A stretch of 64,000 bases of DNA from Clostridia bacterium. GTDB lineage: Bacteria > Bacillota > Clostridia > Christensenellales > CAG-138. Position 1 is the stretch's first letter. Each line of letters starts with the position of its first letter. The notes beneath the pieces were generated by a model. That model saw nothing but the letters and a program-made list of their open reading frames with translations. It did not search any database and was not told the DNA's origin. Location: the NCBI GenBank assembly GCA_017428025.1, contig JAFRRO010000021.1, positions 11,752-75,751 on the forward strand, in the 5' to 3' direction. Below, in pieces: positions 17,282-27,788 of the stretch. A program made the position numbers and the translations under genes.

Positions 17282-18868
17282 ATGAAGAAGTGCATTTTTG
17301 TGACCGGCGGCGTGGTCTCTGGCCTCGGCAAAGGCATTACGGCGGCGTCGCTCGGCAGGCTTCTGAAGGCGCGCGGCTTTAAGGTTGCGGCGCAGAAGCT
17401 CGATCCGTACATCAACGTCGATCCGGGCACGATGAGCCCGTATCAGCACGGCGAGGTCTATGTGACCGAGGACGGCGCGGAAACCGATCTGGATCTCGGG
17501 CACTACGAGCGTTTCATCGACGAGGATCTGAACCGGTATTCGAACCTCACGACCGGCAAGGTCTACGCAAACGTCCTTGCGCGCGAGCGGCAGGGCGGAT
17601 ACCTCGGCAAGACGGTGCAGACGATCCCGCACATCACCGACGAGATCAAGCGCTTCATCTACCGCGTCGGCGAACAGACGGACGCGGATATCGTGATCAC
17701 CGAGGTCGGCGGCACGATCGGCGACATCGAGGGGCAGCCGTTTTTGGAGGCGATCCGGCAGGTCGGGCGCGAGGTCGGACGCGAAAACGCGCTGTACATC
17801 CACGTCACGCTCGTCCCCTACCTTCGCGCAAGCGGCGAACATAAATCCAAGCCGACGCAGCATTCGGTCAAGGAGCTGCAGGGCATGGGCATTACGCCGG
17901 ACATCCTCGTGCTGCGGACAGACGAGCCGATCACCGACGAAAGCATCTTCGACAAGATCGCGCATTTCTGCAACGTCGACCGCGACTGCGTACTCGAAAA
18001 CCTGACGCTCGACACGCTCTATGAAGCGCCGCTGTACCTCGAACAGGCGCATTTCTCAGAGATCGTTCTCAGGAAGCTGCACCTTTCGGCGCCGGAACCG
18101 GACCTTGCGGAATGGCGTGAGATGGTCGATCGCGTGAAGCATCCGACCGGCTCCGTCTCGATCGCGATCGTCGGCAAGTACACGCAGCTGCACGACGCGT
18201 ATCTGTCGATCGTCGAAGCGCTGAAACACGCGGGATACGCGCGCGGCGTTTCGGTGCATCTCAAATGGATCGATTCGGAGACGTTTGCGCCGGACGACGT
18301 GAAGGACGTCGACGGCATTCTGGTCCCAGGCGGCTTCGGCAGCCGCGGGATCGAGGGCATGATTCGGGCGGCGGGCTATGCAAGAACGCACCGTCTCCCC
18401 TATTTCGGCATCTGCCTCGGCATGCAGATTCTGTGCATCGAATACGCGCGCAACGTGCTCGGCTGGACGGACGCGAATTCCGGCGAATTCGATCCCGAGA
18501 GCCTGCACAAGGTCATCGATTTCATGCCCGGACAGAGCGACGATATCGACAAGGGCGGCACGCTGCGGCTCGGCAGCTATCCGTGCATCGTACAGCCGTG
18601 CACGACGATGCGGCGCTGCTATGCGCTGGATGCGATCGCGGAGCGGCACAGACACCGCTATGAGCTCAACAACGAATTCCGACAGCGACTTGCCGATGCG
18701 GGCCTGACGTTCTCGGGCGTTTCGCCGGACGGACGGCTCGTTGAGGCAGCCGAAATCACAGAACTGCCGTTCTTTGTCGGCGTACAGTACCATCCGGAAT
18801 TCAAGAGCAGACCGAACAAGCCGCATCCGCTGTTCCTCGGGTTCATCGAAGCGGCGCAGAATCATTAA
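17282..18868 (+). CDS. pyrG: CTP synthase
   Basis: [65 protein letters not shown]-terminal GATase with GICLGMQ. Confidence 0.95.
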   Translation: MKKCIFVTGGVVSGLGKGITAASLGRLLKARGFKVAAQKLDPYINVDPGTMSPYQHGEVYVTEDGAETDLDLGHYERFIDEDLNRYSNLTTGKVYANVLARERQGGYLGKTVQTIPHITDEIKRFIYRVGEQTDADIVITEVGGTIGDIEGQPFLEAIRQVGREVGRENALYIHVTLVPYLRASGEHKSKPTQHSVKELQGMGITPDILVLRTDEPITDESIFDKIAHFCNVDRDCVLENLTLDTLYEAPLYLEQAHFSEIVLRKLHLSAPEPDLAEWREMVDRVKHPTGSVSIAIVGKYTQLHDAYLSIVEALKHAGYARGVSVHLKWIDSETFAPDDVKDVDGILVPGGFGSRGIEGMIRAAGYARTHRLPYFGICLGMQILCIEYARNVLGWTDANSGEFDPESLHKVIDFMPGQSDDIDKGGTLRLGSYPCIVQPCTTMRRCYALDAIAERHRHRYELNNEFRQRLADAGLTFSGVSPDGRLVEAAEITELPFFVGVQYHPEFKSRPNKPHPLFLGFIEAAQNH

Positions 18869-18889
18869 AATCAAAGGAGAATCATCATC

Positions 18890-20221
18890 ATGAAGCACTA
18901 TACAAAAGAGGACATCGTCCGCATCGTCAACGAAGAGGATATCGAGTTCATCCGCCTGCAGTTTTCCGACATCTTCGGACAGCTCAAGAACGTGGCGGTC
19001 ACGCGGTCGCAGATCGAAAAGGTTCTGAACAACCAGATCATGATCGACGGCAGCTCGATCGAAGGCTTTACCCGCATCCACGAATCCGACCAGTATCTGC
19101 GTCCCGACCTCGACACCTTTGCGGTCCTTCCGTGGCAGCCCGCGATGCGCAAGACCGCGCGGCTGATCTGCGACGTCTACAACCCCGACGGCACGCCGTT
19201 TGTCGGCGATCCGCGCTACGTTCTGAAGCGCACCCTGAAGCGCGCCGAGGACATGGGCTATACGTTCAACGTCGGTCCGGAGATGGAGTTCTTCCTCTTC
19301 GAAGCGGACGACAAGGGACTGCCGACCTCGCGCACCGCGGACGCGGCGGGCTATTTCGACATGGCGCCGATCGACCACGGCGGCAACGTGCGCCGCGAAA
19401 TCTGCCTGATGCTCGAGGAGATGGGCTTTGAGATCGAGGCAAGCCACCACGAGGTCGCCGAGGGACAGCACGAGATCGACTTCAAGTACGCCGAAGCGCT
19501 GACCGCCGCCGACAACATCCTGACGTTCCGCATGGCGGTCAAGACGATCAGCCAGACGCACGGCCTGCACGCGACCTTCATGCCGAAGCCCGTGTTCGGC
19601 ATCAACGGCAGCGGCATGCATACGAATATGTCGCTGTTCCGCGACGGCAAAAACATCTTCTTCGATCCGGACGGCGAAAAGCAGCTTTCGAAGGAGGCGT
19701 ACAGCTTCATCGCGGGCGTGCTTGCGCATGTGCGCGCGATGGCTGCGATCACCAATCCGCTCGTCAATTCGTACAAGCGGCTCGTGCCCGGCTATGAAGC
19801 GCCGTGCTACCTTGCGTGGAGCGCGTCGAACCGTTCGGCGCTGATCCGCATTCCCGCCGCGCGCAAAAGCTCGACGCGCGTCGAGCTGCGCTGCCCCGAT
19901 CCCGCCTGCAATCCGTATCTCGCGATCGCGGTATGCCTCGCCGCGGGACTCGACGGCATCGAAAAGGGCATGACGCCGCCTGCGGAGATCACCGAAAACA
20001 TCTACCTGATGAGCGAAGCGGAGCGCAAAAAGCACGGCATCGACAGCCTGCCCGGAAACCTTCTGGAGGCGGTCGAGTGCCTCTCCGCCGATCCGCTGAT
20101 CGTGAACACGCTCGGCGAACACGTCTTCAAGCATTACACCGAGGGCAAGCGCCGCGAGTGGGACGAATACCGCACGCGCGTGACCGACTGGGAACTCAAG
20201 AAATACATGCTGGTCTACTGA
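18890..20221 (+). CDS. glnA: Glutamine synthetase type I
   Basis: 443 aa; [54 protein letters not shown]. Confidence 0.95.
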   Translation: MKHYTKEDIVRIVNEEDIEFIRLQFSDIFGQLKNVAVTRSQIEKVLNNQIMIDGSSIEGFTRIHESDQYLRPDLDTFAVLPWQPAMRKTARLICDVYNPDGTPFVGDPRYVLKRTLKRAEDMGYTFNVGPEMEFFLFEADDKGLPTSRTADAAGYFDMAPIDHGGNVRREICLMLEEMGFEIEASHHEVAEGQHEIDFKYAEALTAADNILTFRMAVKTISQTHGLHATFMPKPVFGINGSGMHTNMSLFRDGKNIFFDPDGEKQLSKEAYSFIAGVLAHVRAMAAITNPLVNSYKRLVPGYEAPCYLAWSASNRSALIRIPAARKSSTRVELRCPDPACNPYLAIAVCLAAGLDGIEKGMTPPAEITENIYLMSEAERKKHGIDSLPGNLLEAVECLSADPLIVNTLGEHVFKHYTEGKRREWDEYRTRVTDWELKKYMLVY

Positions 20222-20230
20222 GGAGGAACT

Positions 20231-22099
20231 ATGTGCGGAATCGTGGGATACACCGGTGCGAAGCCGGCAGCGCCGATCCTGTTGGAAGGGCTCAAAAAGC
20301 TTGAATACCGCGGCTATGACTCCGCGGGGCTCGCCGTGCGCAGCGGCGACGCGCTTGCCGAGGTCGTGAAGGCGACCGGAAAGCTCAAGAACCTGATCGA
20401 GATGACCGACGAGGGGCGCACGCTGCCGGGCTTCTGCGGCATCGGACACACGCGCTGGGCGACGCACGGCGAGCCGAGCCGCAAGAACGCGCATCCGCAT
20501 GTTTCCGGCAACGCGACGGGCTCCGGCTCCGGTCCGGTGGAATCGGACGTCGTCGGCGTGCACAACGGGATCATCGAAAACTACGAGGAGCTCAAGCAGA
20601 AGCTGCTGAACAACGGCTACCGCTTTTACAGCGGCACGGACACCGAGGTTGTGATCAAGCTGGTCGACTACTACTATAAGAAGTACAAGATCGGTCCGAT
20701 CGACGCGATCAACCGCATGATGGTCCGCGTGCGCGGCAGCTACGCGCTTGCGCTGATGTTTCGGGACTTCCCCGGCGAGCTCTACTGCGCCCGGAAGGAC
20801 AGCCCGCTGATCATCGGCGTTGCGGACGGCGAAAGCTTTCTCGCCTCCGACGTGCCCGCGATTCTCAAACACACGCGCGACGTCTATTACATCGACAACC
20901 TGCAGTCCGCGCGGCTGCTCCCCGGCGAAGCGCACTTCTTCGACCTGAACGGCGACGAGGTCTCGCTGCCCCTCACACGCATCACCTGGGACGCGGAAGC
21001 CGCGGAAAAGGGCGGCTACGAGCATTTCATGATCAAGGAGATCCACGAGCAGCCGAAAGCCGTCCGGGATACGCTCAACAGCATCGTGAAAAACGGCAGG
21101 ATCGACCTCTCCTCCGCCCAACTGACGCCGGAATTTCTGGAGCGCGTCGACAGCGTCCATATCGTCGCCTGCGGCTCGGCGTGGCACGTCGGCATGCTCG
21201 CGCAGTACGTGATCGAGGACCTTGCGGAGCTTCCGGTGCGCGTGGAGCTGGCCTCGGAGTTCCGCTACCGCAAGCTGCTGCTTTCCGAACACGCGCTGGT
21301 GATCGTGGTTTCGCAGTCCGGCGAAACGGCGGACAGTCTCGCCGCGCTCCGCGCCGCAAAGGCGCAGGGCGTGCCGACGCTTGCGATCGTCAACGTAATC
21401 GGCTCGACGATCGCGCGCGAAGCGGATCATGTGCTCTACACGCTTGCGGGACCGGAGATCGCCGTCGCCACGACCAAGGCGTACAGCGCGCAGCTTGCCG
21501 CCATGTACACGCTTGCCGTCGAGCTCGGACGCATCCGCGGACGGATCGACGAAGCGCGCACGGAAGCATACCTCTGCGAGATTGCGGCGCTGCCGGACAA
21601 GATGGAGCGCGCTTTGGAAAACAAGGAGCGCATCCAGTGGTTTGCCAGTAAGCACGCCAACGCGCGGGACATCTTCTTTATCGGACGCGGGCTCGACTAC
21701 GCGATCTGCCTCGAGGGCAGCCTCAAGATGAAGGAGATCTCCTACATCCACAGCGAAGCGTACGCCGCGGGCGAACTGAAGCACGGCACGATCAGCCTCG
21801 TCGAAAACGGCACGCTGGTGATCGGCGTGCTGACGCAGGCGGACCGCATCGAAAAGACCGTCAGCAATATGGCGGAATGCAAAGCGCGCGGCGCGTATCT
21901 CATGGGGCTGACCGGCTACGGCAACTACAACGTCGAGGAAGCCGCGAACTTCACGGTCTATGTGCCGAACGCCGATCCGCACTTCATCGGCAGCATCGCG
22001 ATCATCCCGCTGCAGCTTCTGGCGTACTACACGAGCGTCGCAAAGGGACTCGACGTCGACAAGCCGCGCAACCTCGCAAAGAGCGTCACCGTAGAATAA
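20231..22099 (+). CDS. glmS: Glutamine--fructose-6-phosphate aminotransferase
   Basis: MCGIVGY N-terminal nucleophile, two SIS domains, C-terminal ..DKPRNLAKSVTVE. Only 9 nt after the glnA stop. Confidence 0.95.
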   Translation: MCGIVGYTGAKPAAPILLEGLKKLEYRGYDSAGLAVRSGDALAEVVKATGKLKNLIEMTDEGRTLPGFCGIGHTRWATHGEPSRKNAHPHVSGNATGSGSGPVESDVVGVHNGIIENYEELKQKLLNNGYRFYSGTDTEVVIKLVDYYYKKYKIGPIDAINRMMVRVRGSYALALMFRDFPGELYCARKDSPLIIGVADGESFLASDVPAILKHTRDVYYIDNLQSARLLPGEAHFFDLNGDEVSLPLTRITWDAEAAEKGGYEHFMIKEIHEQPKAVRDTLNSIVKNGRIDLSSAQLTPEFLERVDSVHIVACGSAWHVGMLAQYVIEDLAELPVRVELASEFRYRKLLLSEHALVIVVSQSGETADSLAALRAAKAQGVPTLAIVNVIGSTIAREADHVLYTLAGPEIAVATTKAYSAQLAAMYTLAVELGRIRGRIDEARTEAYLCEIAALPDKMERALENKERIQWFASKHANARDIFFIGRGLDYAICLEGSLKMKEISYIHSEAYAAGELKHGTISLVENGTLVIGVLTQADRIEKTVSNMAECKARGAYLMGLTGYGNYNVEEAANFTVYVPNADPHFIGSIAIIPLQLLAYYTSVAKGLDVDKPRNLAKSVTVE

Positions 22100-22130
22100 A
22101 GGAACCGCTTGGAGTCAATTAATTGCTGTG

Positions 22131-22163
22131 AAAAAAGCCCGAGGCGCATACGCTTCGGGCTTT
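22131..22163. terminator. Bidirectional intrinsic terminator between glmS and the MATE gene
   Basis: aaaaaaGCCCGAGGCG-cata-CGCTTCGGGCttt, a 10-bp stem with one G-U pair. Confidence 0.7.
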
Positions 22164-22227
22164 GCCGTATCTTGCGAACGATGCTGTCTGCGCAGTCGCC
22201 GACGAACAGATTGTTTTGAATCGTCTT

Positions 22228-23652
22228 TCAGAGTTCCGCCTCGCTGCCGTTCTTCCCGTCCCGCACGATGTTGATAACCCAGCGGTTGCTTTTTACCAGG
22301 AGAAAACCGATGACGCATTTGACAAGCTCCAGCGAACAGCACACGATATAGAGCGGCAGAATCGGAAGCGCCGTAAACCGGCTCAGAACGAACGCGACGG
22401 GGATACAGAGCGCCCAGACGAAGCAGCTGTCGAACAGCATCGTGATCCGCGTCTGCCCGCCGGAGCGCAGGGTGAAATAGCAGGCATGGGTGAACGCGTT
22501 GAACGGCATCATGCACGCGGAAACCCAGAGAAAACGCGTCGCGAGCGTCTTCACCTCGTCGCCGGTGTTGTAAAGCCGCGGAATGAACGGCGCGGCGACG
22601 GCGAGCGCAACGCCGAAGAACAGGCAGGTGCACACCGACAGCGCAATGATCTTATTGTCCGTGTCCTTTGCTTCCTCCAGCTTGTTCGCGCCGAGCAGGT
22701 TGCCGACGATGATGCCGATCGAGGAGCCGATGGACATGAAGACGATGTTGAAGAGGTTCGATACCGTGCTCGAAATGTTCAGCGCCGCGACGGCAGAGAT
22801 GCCGCGCATCGAATAGCACTGCATCATCGTCGTCATGCCGAGCGACCAGAACGCCTCGTTCAACAGAAGCGGCGTGCCCTTCAGAACGATCTGCTTTGCA
22901 AGGGCGCCGGGCACATGAAGCGAGCGATAGACGCCTTTGAAGAACGGAAAGCGCTTCGTATGCGTATGCGCATAGGTGACGATGATCGCAAGCTCAACAA
23001 AGCGGGAAATGACCGTTGCGATCGCCGCGCCGAGCACGCCGAGCGCCGGGAAGCCGAGCTTTCCGAAGATCAGCAGATAATTGAACAGCAGATTGATGAG
23101 CACGGCGGACCCACTGGCGACCATCGGCACGAAGGTTTCGCCCGTTTCGCGCAGCGAAAAGGCATAGCACATCGAAAGCGCGGCGGGAACGAGCCCGATC
23201 AGCATAATGTGGACGTACTTGCTACCGTATGCGAGCGTTGCGGCAAGGTCGCCCTCCGCGCCGCTTTCGTGCAGAAACAGCGTGAGCAGCGGTTTGTGGA
23301 AGAATCCGAGGACGACAAGCGCGACGGCCGAGATACCGGCGCAGATCAGCAGCTTAAACCGGAGCACGTGCCGCACGCCGTCCGTATCCTTTTTCCCGGC
23401 GAACTGCGCGCCGAAGATGCTGGCCCCGGAAAGCCCGCCGAAGACGGTCAGATTGAATACGAAGATCAGCTGGTTCGCGATCGCGACGCCGCTCATCTGC
23501 TCGGTTCCGATCCTGCCGACCATCAGATTGTCCAGTACGTTGACGAACTGGCTGACGCCGTTCTGGATCACGACGGGAACGACGATCGCAAGGACCGTCT
23601 GATAAAATTCCTTTGTGCCGATGAATTTTGAAAGAAAGGTTCGTTTTTTCAT
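22228..23652 (-). CDS. MATE family efflux transporter
   Basis: Start at MKKRTFLSKF (23652). 12 TM segments and a MATE N-terminus ..VPVVIQNGVSQFVNVLDNLMVGRIG. Confidence 0.85.
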   Translation of the reverse strand: MKKRTFLSKFIGTKEFYQTVLAIVVPVVIQNGVSQFVNVLDNLMVGRIGTEQMSGVAIANQLIFVFNLTVFGGLSGASIFGAQFAGKKDTDGVRHVLRFKLLICAGISAVALVVLGFFHKPLLTLFLHESGAEGDLAATLAYGSKYVHIMLIGLVPAALSMCYAFSLRETGETFVPMVASGSAVLINLLFNYLLIFGKLGFPALGVLGAAIATVISRFVELAIIVTYAHTHTKRFPFFKGVYRSLHVPGALAKQIVLKGTPLLLNEAFWSLGMTTMMQCYSMRGISAVAALNISSTVSNLFNIVFMSIGSSIGIIVGNLLGANKLEEAKDTDNKIIALSVCTCLFFGVALAVAAPFIPRLYNTGDEVKTLATRFLWVSACMMPFNAFTHACYFTLRSGGQTRITMLFDSCFVWALCIPVAFVLSRFTALPILPLYIVCCSLELVKCVIGFLLVKSNRWVINIVRDGKNGSEAEL

Positions 23653-23922
23653 AGATTGTCGTTTCCCGTCCGGCGTTTCTCCGCCGCCTCTCCGACAGTA
23701 TAGCACACCGTTTCGAAAAAGGGAAGCCGAAAAGGCTTGCCGTGATTTGTGAAGCGGCGCAAAAAACGGTATCACGGCAGCAGTTTTTACGCCTTACGGT
23801 GCGGATGCTGCGAGCGCGGGATCGGGGCGTATGATCGGCGGCCGGAATCCGCCGCACGGTCTTGTTTTTGAACGCGCGGCATGCTATAGTATTGTATATA
23901 ATCAAACAAAGGAGCATCATGC

Positions 23923-24705
23923 ATGGAAGTCTTGGCACAACTCAACGGCCCGGTCATGTACGTGATCTGCGGCGGCATCGTGCTGCTCGTCGCGGTCATC
24001 TGCATGGTCTTCGCCGTGCGCGCCTATCGCGCGGGCAAGGCGATCGGGATCGACGTCTCCAAAATGAAGCGCGTCATCATCGCAAGCGCGACGTTTGCCG
24101 TGCTACCGAGCGTCGGCATTCTGCTCGGCGTGATCGCGCTGTCCGGCAGTCTCGGAACGCCGTGGCCTTGGCTGCGGCTTTCGGTCATCGGCGCGCTGCA
24201 TTACGAAACGCAGGTCGCGGATGCGGCCGCGGAAGCGGTCGGCATGGAAAAGCTGTCCGCGTCCGCGATGACGGCATCCGGCTTTTCGACGATCGCGCTG
24301 CTGATGAGCTTCTGCATCATCTGGGGCATGCTGCTGATGATCATCAACGGCAAAGCGTATTCGACCAAGCTCGTTCTGCCCAAGCCCGAGACGGTCGAAA
24401 CCGGCGGCAAACAGAAAAAGCTGAACCTCAAAGCCTTCGGCGATACGGCGATGACCGCCATGTTCATCGGACTGGTCTCCGCCTATATCGCAAGCTATAT
24501 CGGACAGATCGTGTCCGCAAACGGGCTCTTCACCTTCACCGGCAGCTGGCTGCCGCTCGCGGTCGCATGCGTGTCGGCTCTCGCGATGGCGGGCTTTCTG
24601 CTGATCAAAGAGAAGGCGAAAGCCGACTGGATCGACAGCTTTTCGATCGCGGGCAGCATGCTGATCGCGATGGGCGCCGCGATCTTCCTCGGCAAAATCG
24701 GATAA
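23923..24705 (+). CDS. Polytopic membrane protein (possibly DUF5058-like)
   Basis: 260 aa with about 6 hydrophobic helices. GGAG RBS. First gene of a three-gene unit with the M20 peptidase. Confidence 0.7.
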   Translation: MEVLAQLNGPVMYVICGGIVLLVAVICMVFAVRAYRAGKAIGIDVSKMKRVIIASATFAVLPSVGILLGVIALSGSLGTPWPWLRLSVIGALHYETQVADAAAEAVGMEKLSASAMTASGFSTIALLMSFCIIWGMLLMIINGKAYSTKLVLPKPETVETGGKQKKLNLKAFGDTAMTAMFIGLVSAYIASYIGQIVSANGLFTFTGSWLPLAVACVSALAMAGFLLIKEKAKADWIDSFSIAGSMLIAMGAAIFLGKIG

Positions 24706-24716
24706 GGAGGCGCGCT

Positions 24717-25406
24717 ATGGAACAGAAAGCGAAACAGTATGAAGCGTATCTGAACGCAACGCACAAGCTCGGCAGATGGCTGACGGTTCTGGTACTCGTG
24801 CTTCTTTTGGCGGCGCCGTTTGCGATCGGTCTGTATCTCGGCGCGATGCCGAACCTCGGCGCCGCGGTCAAGGCGTTCCTCGGCGTCGGACTCGTGTATC
24901 TTGTCAGCGGGATCGTGGAATACCTGATCTACGTGCCGATGCTCGGCGCGGGCGGAAGCTACCTCGCGTTCATGACCGGCAACCTCATCAACATGAAAAT
25001 TCCCTGCGCGATCAACGCGCGCGATATCGTCGGCGTCAAGTCCGGCACCGCGGAGAACGAGATCATCGCGACTCTTTCGATCGCGACGTCCTCGCTCGTC
25101 ACGATTCTCGTGCTCGCGGCCGGCGTGCTGCTGATGATCCCGCTGCAGCCGGTTCTGCAGTCGCCCGTGCTGCAGCCCGCGTTTGAAAACGTCGTGCCCG
25201 CGCTGTTCGGCGCGATGGCGTGCAAGTATTACCGCATGAACCGCACGGTTGCGCTGATCGTGCTCGCGTGCATGTCGCTGCTGTTCATCTTTGTTCCGTC
25301 GCTGATCGGGTCGACGAACATGATGGTCATTCCGAGCGGTGCGCTTGCGATCGTGCTCGCGTACCTTGCGTTCCGCAGACAACAGAAAGCCGGAGGCAGC
25401 CTATGA
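24717..25406 (+). CDS. Polytopic membrane protein, unknown function
   Basis: MEQKAKQYEAYLNATHKLGRWLTVLVLVLLL.., about 6 TM segments, AAGGAGG RBS. The track ORF 23862..25406 is extended spuriously upstream. Confidence 0.7.
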   Translation: MEQKAKQYEAYLNATHKLGRWLTVLVLVLLLAAPFAIGLYLGAMPNLGAAVKAFLGVGLVYLVSGIVEYLIYVPMLGAGGSYLAFMTGNLINMKIPCAINARDIVGVKSGTAENEIIATLSIATSSLVTILVLAAGVLLMIPLQPVLQSPVLQPAFENVVPALFGAMACKYYRMNRTVALIVLACMSLLFIFVPSLIGSTNMMVIPSGALAIVLAYLAFRRQQKAGGSL

Positions 25407-26839
25407 TCGCGCTGTACATCGTTTTAGGGCTTCTGGGCGCGCTGCTGCTGCTTGTGCTGATCGCCGTAATCCGTACGCTTTTGACGCAGAAAAAGGTCTC
25501 CGCATGGGAGCCGAAGCGCGATCCGGAGCGTGAACGGACGTACGCCGAACTGCTTTCGAAGATGGTACAGTACGAAACCGTCTCAAAGAAGGGCGAGATT
25601 CAGCGCGAGAAGTTTCTGGGCTTTCACAAAGTCCTCGAAACGCTGTTCCCGCTCGTACATGCGAACCTCGAAAAAACCGAGATCGACGGCAGCCTGCTCT
25701 TTTACTGGAAGGGCAGGTCGGACGCGCGTCCGCTCGTTCTGATGGGGCATCAGGATGTGGTCCCCGCCGAGGGACAGTGGGAACACCCGCCGTTTTCCGG
25801 CGACATCGAAAACGGACGTATCTGGGGACGCGGCAGCGCCGACACGAAATGCTCGGTGATGGCGTTCTTCCAGGCGGTTGAGGAGCTGTTGAAAACCGGC
25901 TTCGTGCCCGAACAGGACGTGTATCTTTCGACCGCCAATACCGAGGAGGTCGGCGGCGACGGCTGCCCGAAGCTGGTCGAAGAGCTCAGGCGGCGCGGCG
26001 TGAAACCGTATCTGGTCAACGACGAGGGCGGTTCGATCGTGACCGAGCCGATGGCGGGCATCAAGGGCAACTACGCGATGATCGGCGTGCTCGAAAAAGG
26101 GCAGGGCAACCTTTTGATCTCGGCAAAATCGAACGGCGGGCACTCGAGCTATCCGCCGAAAAACTCCCCGATCGTGCGGCTCTCGAAGTTCATGACCGAT
26201 CTTTCGAAGCACAGCCCGATGCGCTCGAAGATGAACCGGCAGGCACGGGAAATGTTCTCCGCGATGGCGCCGTACGGCCCGTTTTATCTCCGGCTGCTGT
26301 TCGGTAACCTCTGGCTTTTCAAGCCTTTGCTCGTCGCGCTGATGCCTTCGATCTCCCCGCAGGCGGCTGCGCTTCTCAGAACGACCGTCGCGCCGACGAT
26401 GCAGACCGGTTCCGACGGCTGCAACGTGCTCCCGCAGGAGGCGACGCTGACGCTCAACCTCCGCTACATCCCGCATCAGGGCATGGAAGAGAGCAACGCG
26501 GCGATCGAGCGGCTTGCGAAAAAGTACGATCTCGACGTGCAGATCATCGACGCCTATGATTTCTGCGAACCGGTGGACACGCACAGCGAGGCGTACCGGC
26601 TTGTCGAACAGGTGATCGGCGAGGTCTTCCCGCAGCTGCCCTGCATCCCCTACGTCATGACCGGCGGCACCGACGCGCGGCATTATCAGAAGATCTGCGG
26701 TGCCTGCGTGCGCTTCTCCCCCGTCGTCTACGGTCCGGCGCAGATGAAGGGCATGCACGGACTGAACGAATATCTCGACACCTACAGCCTGCCCGGCGCG
26801 GTGGACTACTATAAAGCGCTGATCAACCGCAATCGCTGA
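25403..26839 (+). CDS. M20 family metallopeptidase (carboxypeptidase/dipeptidase-like) with N-terminal TM anchor
   Basis: Start MIALYIVLGLLGALLLLVLIAV (ATGA overlap with the previous gene). M20 motifs LMGHQDVVPA and GRGSADTKC. Confidence 0.8.
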   Translation: MIALYIVLGLLGALLLLVLIAVIRTLLTQKKVSAWEPKRDPERERTYAELLSKMVQYETVSKKGEIQREKFLGFHKVLETLFPLVHANLEKTEIDGSLLFYWKGRSDARPLVLMGHQDVVPAEGQWEHPPFSGDIENGRIWGRGSADTKCSVMAFFQAVEELLKTGFVPEQDVYLSTANTEEVGGDGCPKLVEELRRRGVKPYLVNDEGGSIVTEPMAGIKGNYAMIGVLEKGQGNLLISAKSNGGHSSYPPKNSPIVRLSKFMTDLSKHSPMRSKMNRQAREMFSAMAPYGPFYLRLLFGNLWLFKPLLVALMPSISPQAAALLRTTVAPTMQTGSDGCNVLPQEATLTLNLRYIPHQGMEESNAAIERLAKKYDLDVQIIDAYDFCEPVDTHSEAYRLVEQVIGEVFPQLPCIPYVMTGGTDARHYQKICGACVRFSPVVYGPAQMKGMHGLNEYLDTYSLPGAVDYYKALINRNR

Positions 26840-26859
26840 GTACAGAAAGGAGCATCGGT

Positions 26860-27762
26860 ATGTATCTTGAAACGTTCACGCTGCCGATCGACCGGGAGGA
26901 GCGCATGATCACCGCCCGCATGCAGGAAAACGGCGGGTGTTTCGGATACATCGACAACATCTATCCGTGCGAAATCTTCCGTCAAAAGCAGCTCCAAGAG
27001 ATCGGCTTCGCGCGCGTCACGATCCTGTACGGCGGCAACGGCTCCGGCAAGAGCACGCTGCTGAATCTCATTGCGGCAAAGCTCGGGCTCGGACGCGTCG
27101 CGCCGTTCAATTCGAGCGAGCTGTTCGAAACGTATGCGGAAAACTGCGGCTATGTATGCGGCACGGAAGAGGACGGAACCCCCGCCCGTATCCCGCAAGG
27201 CAGCCGCATCATCACAAGCGACGACGTATTTGATTACATGCTCGCGGTGCGCAGCAACAATGCGGAGATCGGAGAAACGGTCGAACAGGGCAAGGCGGAA
27301 TACGCGCGCATCAAGTTCGGCGAAAACGTCGTGCTGCGCAGCATGGACGATTACGAAGCGCTGCGGCTGCAGGTGCAGTCTCGCCGCAAAACGCTCTCGC
27401 GGCGGAAGTTTCTGCGGGAATATGCGGGAACCGAGATCAAGCTGAACAGCAACGGCGAAACGGCGCTGCAGTATTTCGAGGACAAGCTGCAAAACGACAC
27501 GCTGTACTGCCTGGACGAACCGGAGAACAGCATGTCGCCGAAAACGCAGCTGGAGCTGATGAAGCTGTTGGAGCGGATGGCACGGTACTGCGGGAATCAG
27601 TTTATCATCGCCACGCATTCGCCGTTTCTTCTGGCGATGTCCGGCGCGCGCATCTACGACCTCGACGCCTCGCCCGTCACCATCAAAAACTGGTGGGAGC
27701 TCGAGAACACCCGCATCTATTACGAATTCTTTCAAAAATACCGACACCTGTTCGAGGAATGA
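26860..27762 (+). CDS. Stand-alone ABC/SMC-type (AAA_21-like) ATPase
   Basis: Walker A GGNGSGKST, signature-like NSNGETA, Walker B LYCLDEPENSMSP, H-loop IIATHSP. No partner gene on the same strand. Confidence 0.75.
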   Translation: MYLETFTLPIDREERMITARMQENGGCFGYIDNIYPCEIFRQKQLQEIGFARVTILYGGNGSGKSTLLNLIAAKLGLGRVAPFNSSELFETYAENCGYVCGTEEDGTPARIPQGSRIITSDDVFDYMLAVRSNNAEIGETVEQGKAEYARIKFGENVVLRSMDDYEALRLQVQSRRKTLSRRKFLREYAGTEIKLNSNGETALQYFEDKLQNDTLYCLDEPENSMSPKTQLELMKLLERMARYCGNQFIIATHSPFLLAMSGARIYDLDASPVTIKNWWELENTRIYYEFFQKYRHLFEE

Positions 27763-27788
27763 AAAAACCGCCTTTTGGCGGTCTTTTC
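27762..27788. terminator. Possible bidirectional terminator
   Basis: aaaaaACCGCC-tttt-GGCGGTctttt. The stem is short (6 bp) and it overlaps the ybaK-like stop. Confidence 0.45.

Noticed and set aside
20222-20230. glmS ribozyme upstream of glmS
   Set aside because: Only 9 nt separate the glnA stop from the glmS start, so there is no space for the roughly 170-nt ribozyme.
18056-21982. 1308-aa ORF on the minus strand spanning pyrG, glnA and glmS
   Set aside because: It lies exactly antisense to three unmistakable housekeeping genes. Its composition is R/A/D/V/G-rich and low-complexity, with no recognisable motifs. This is a typical shadow ORF of high-GC DNA.
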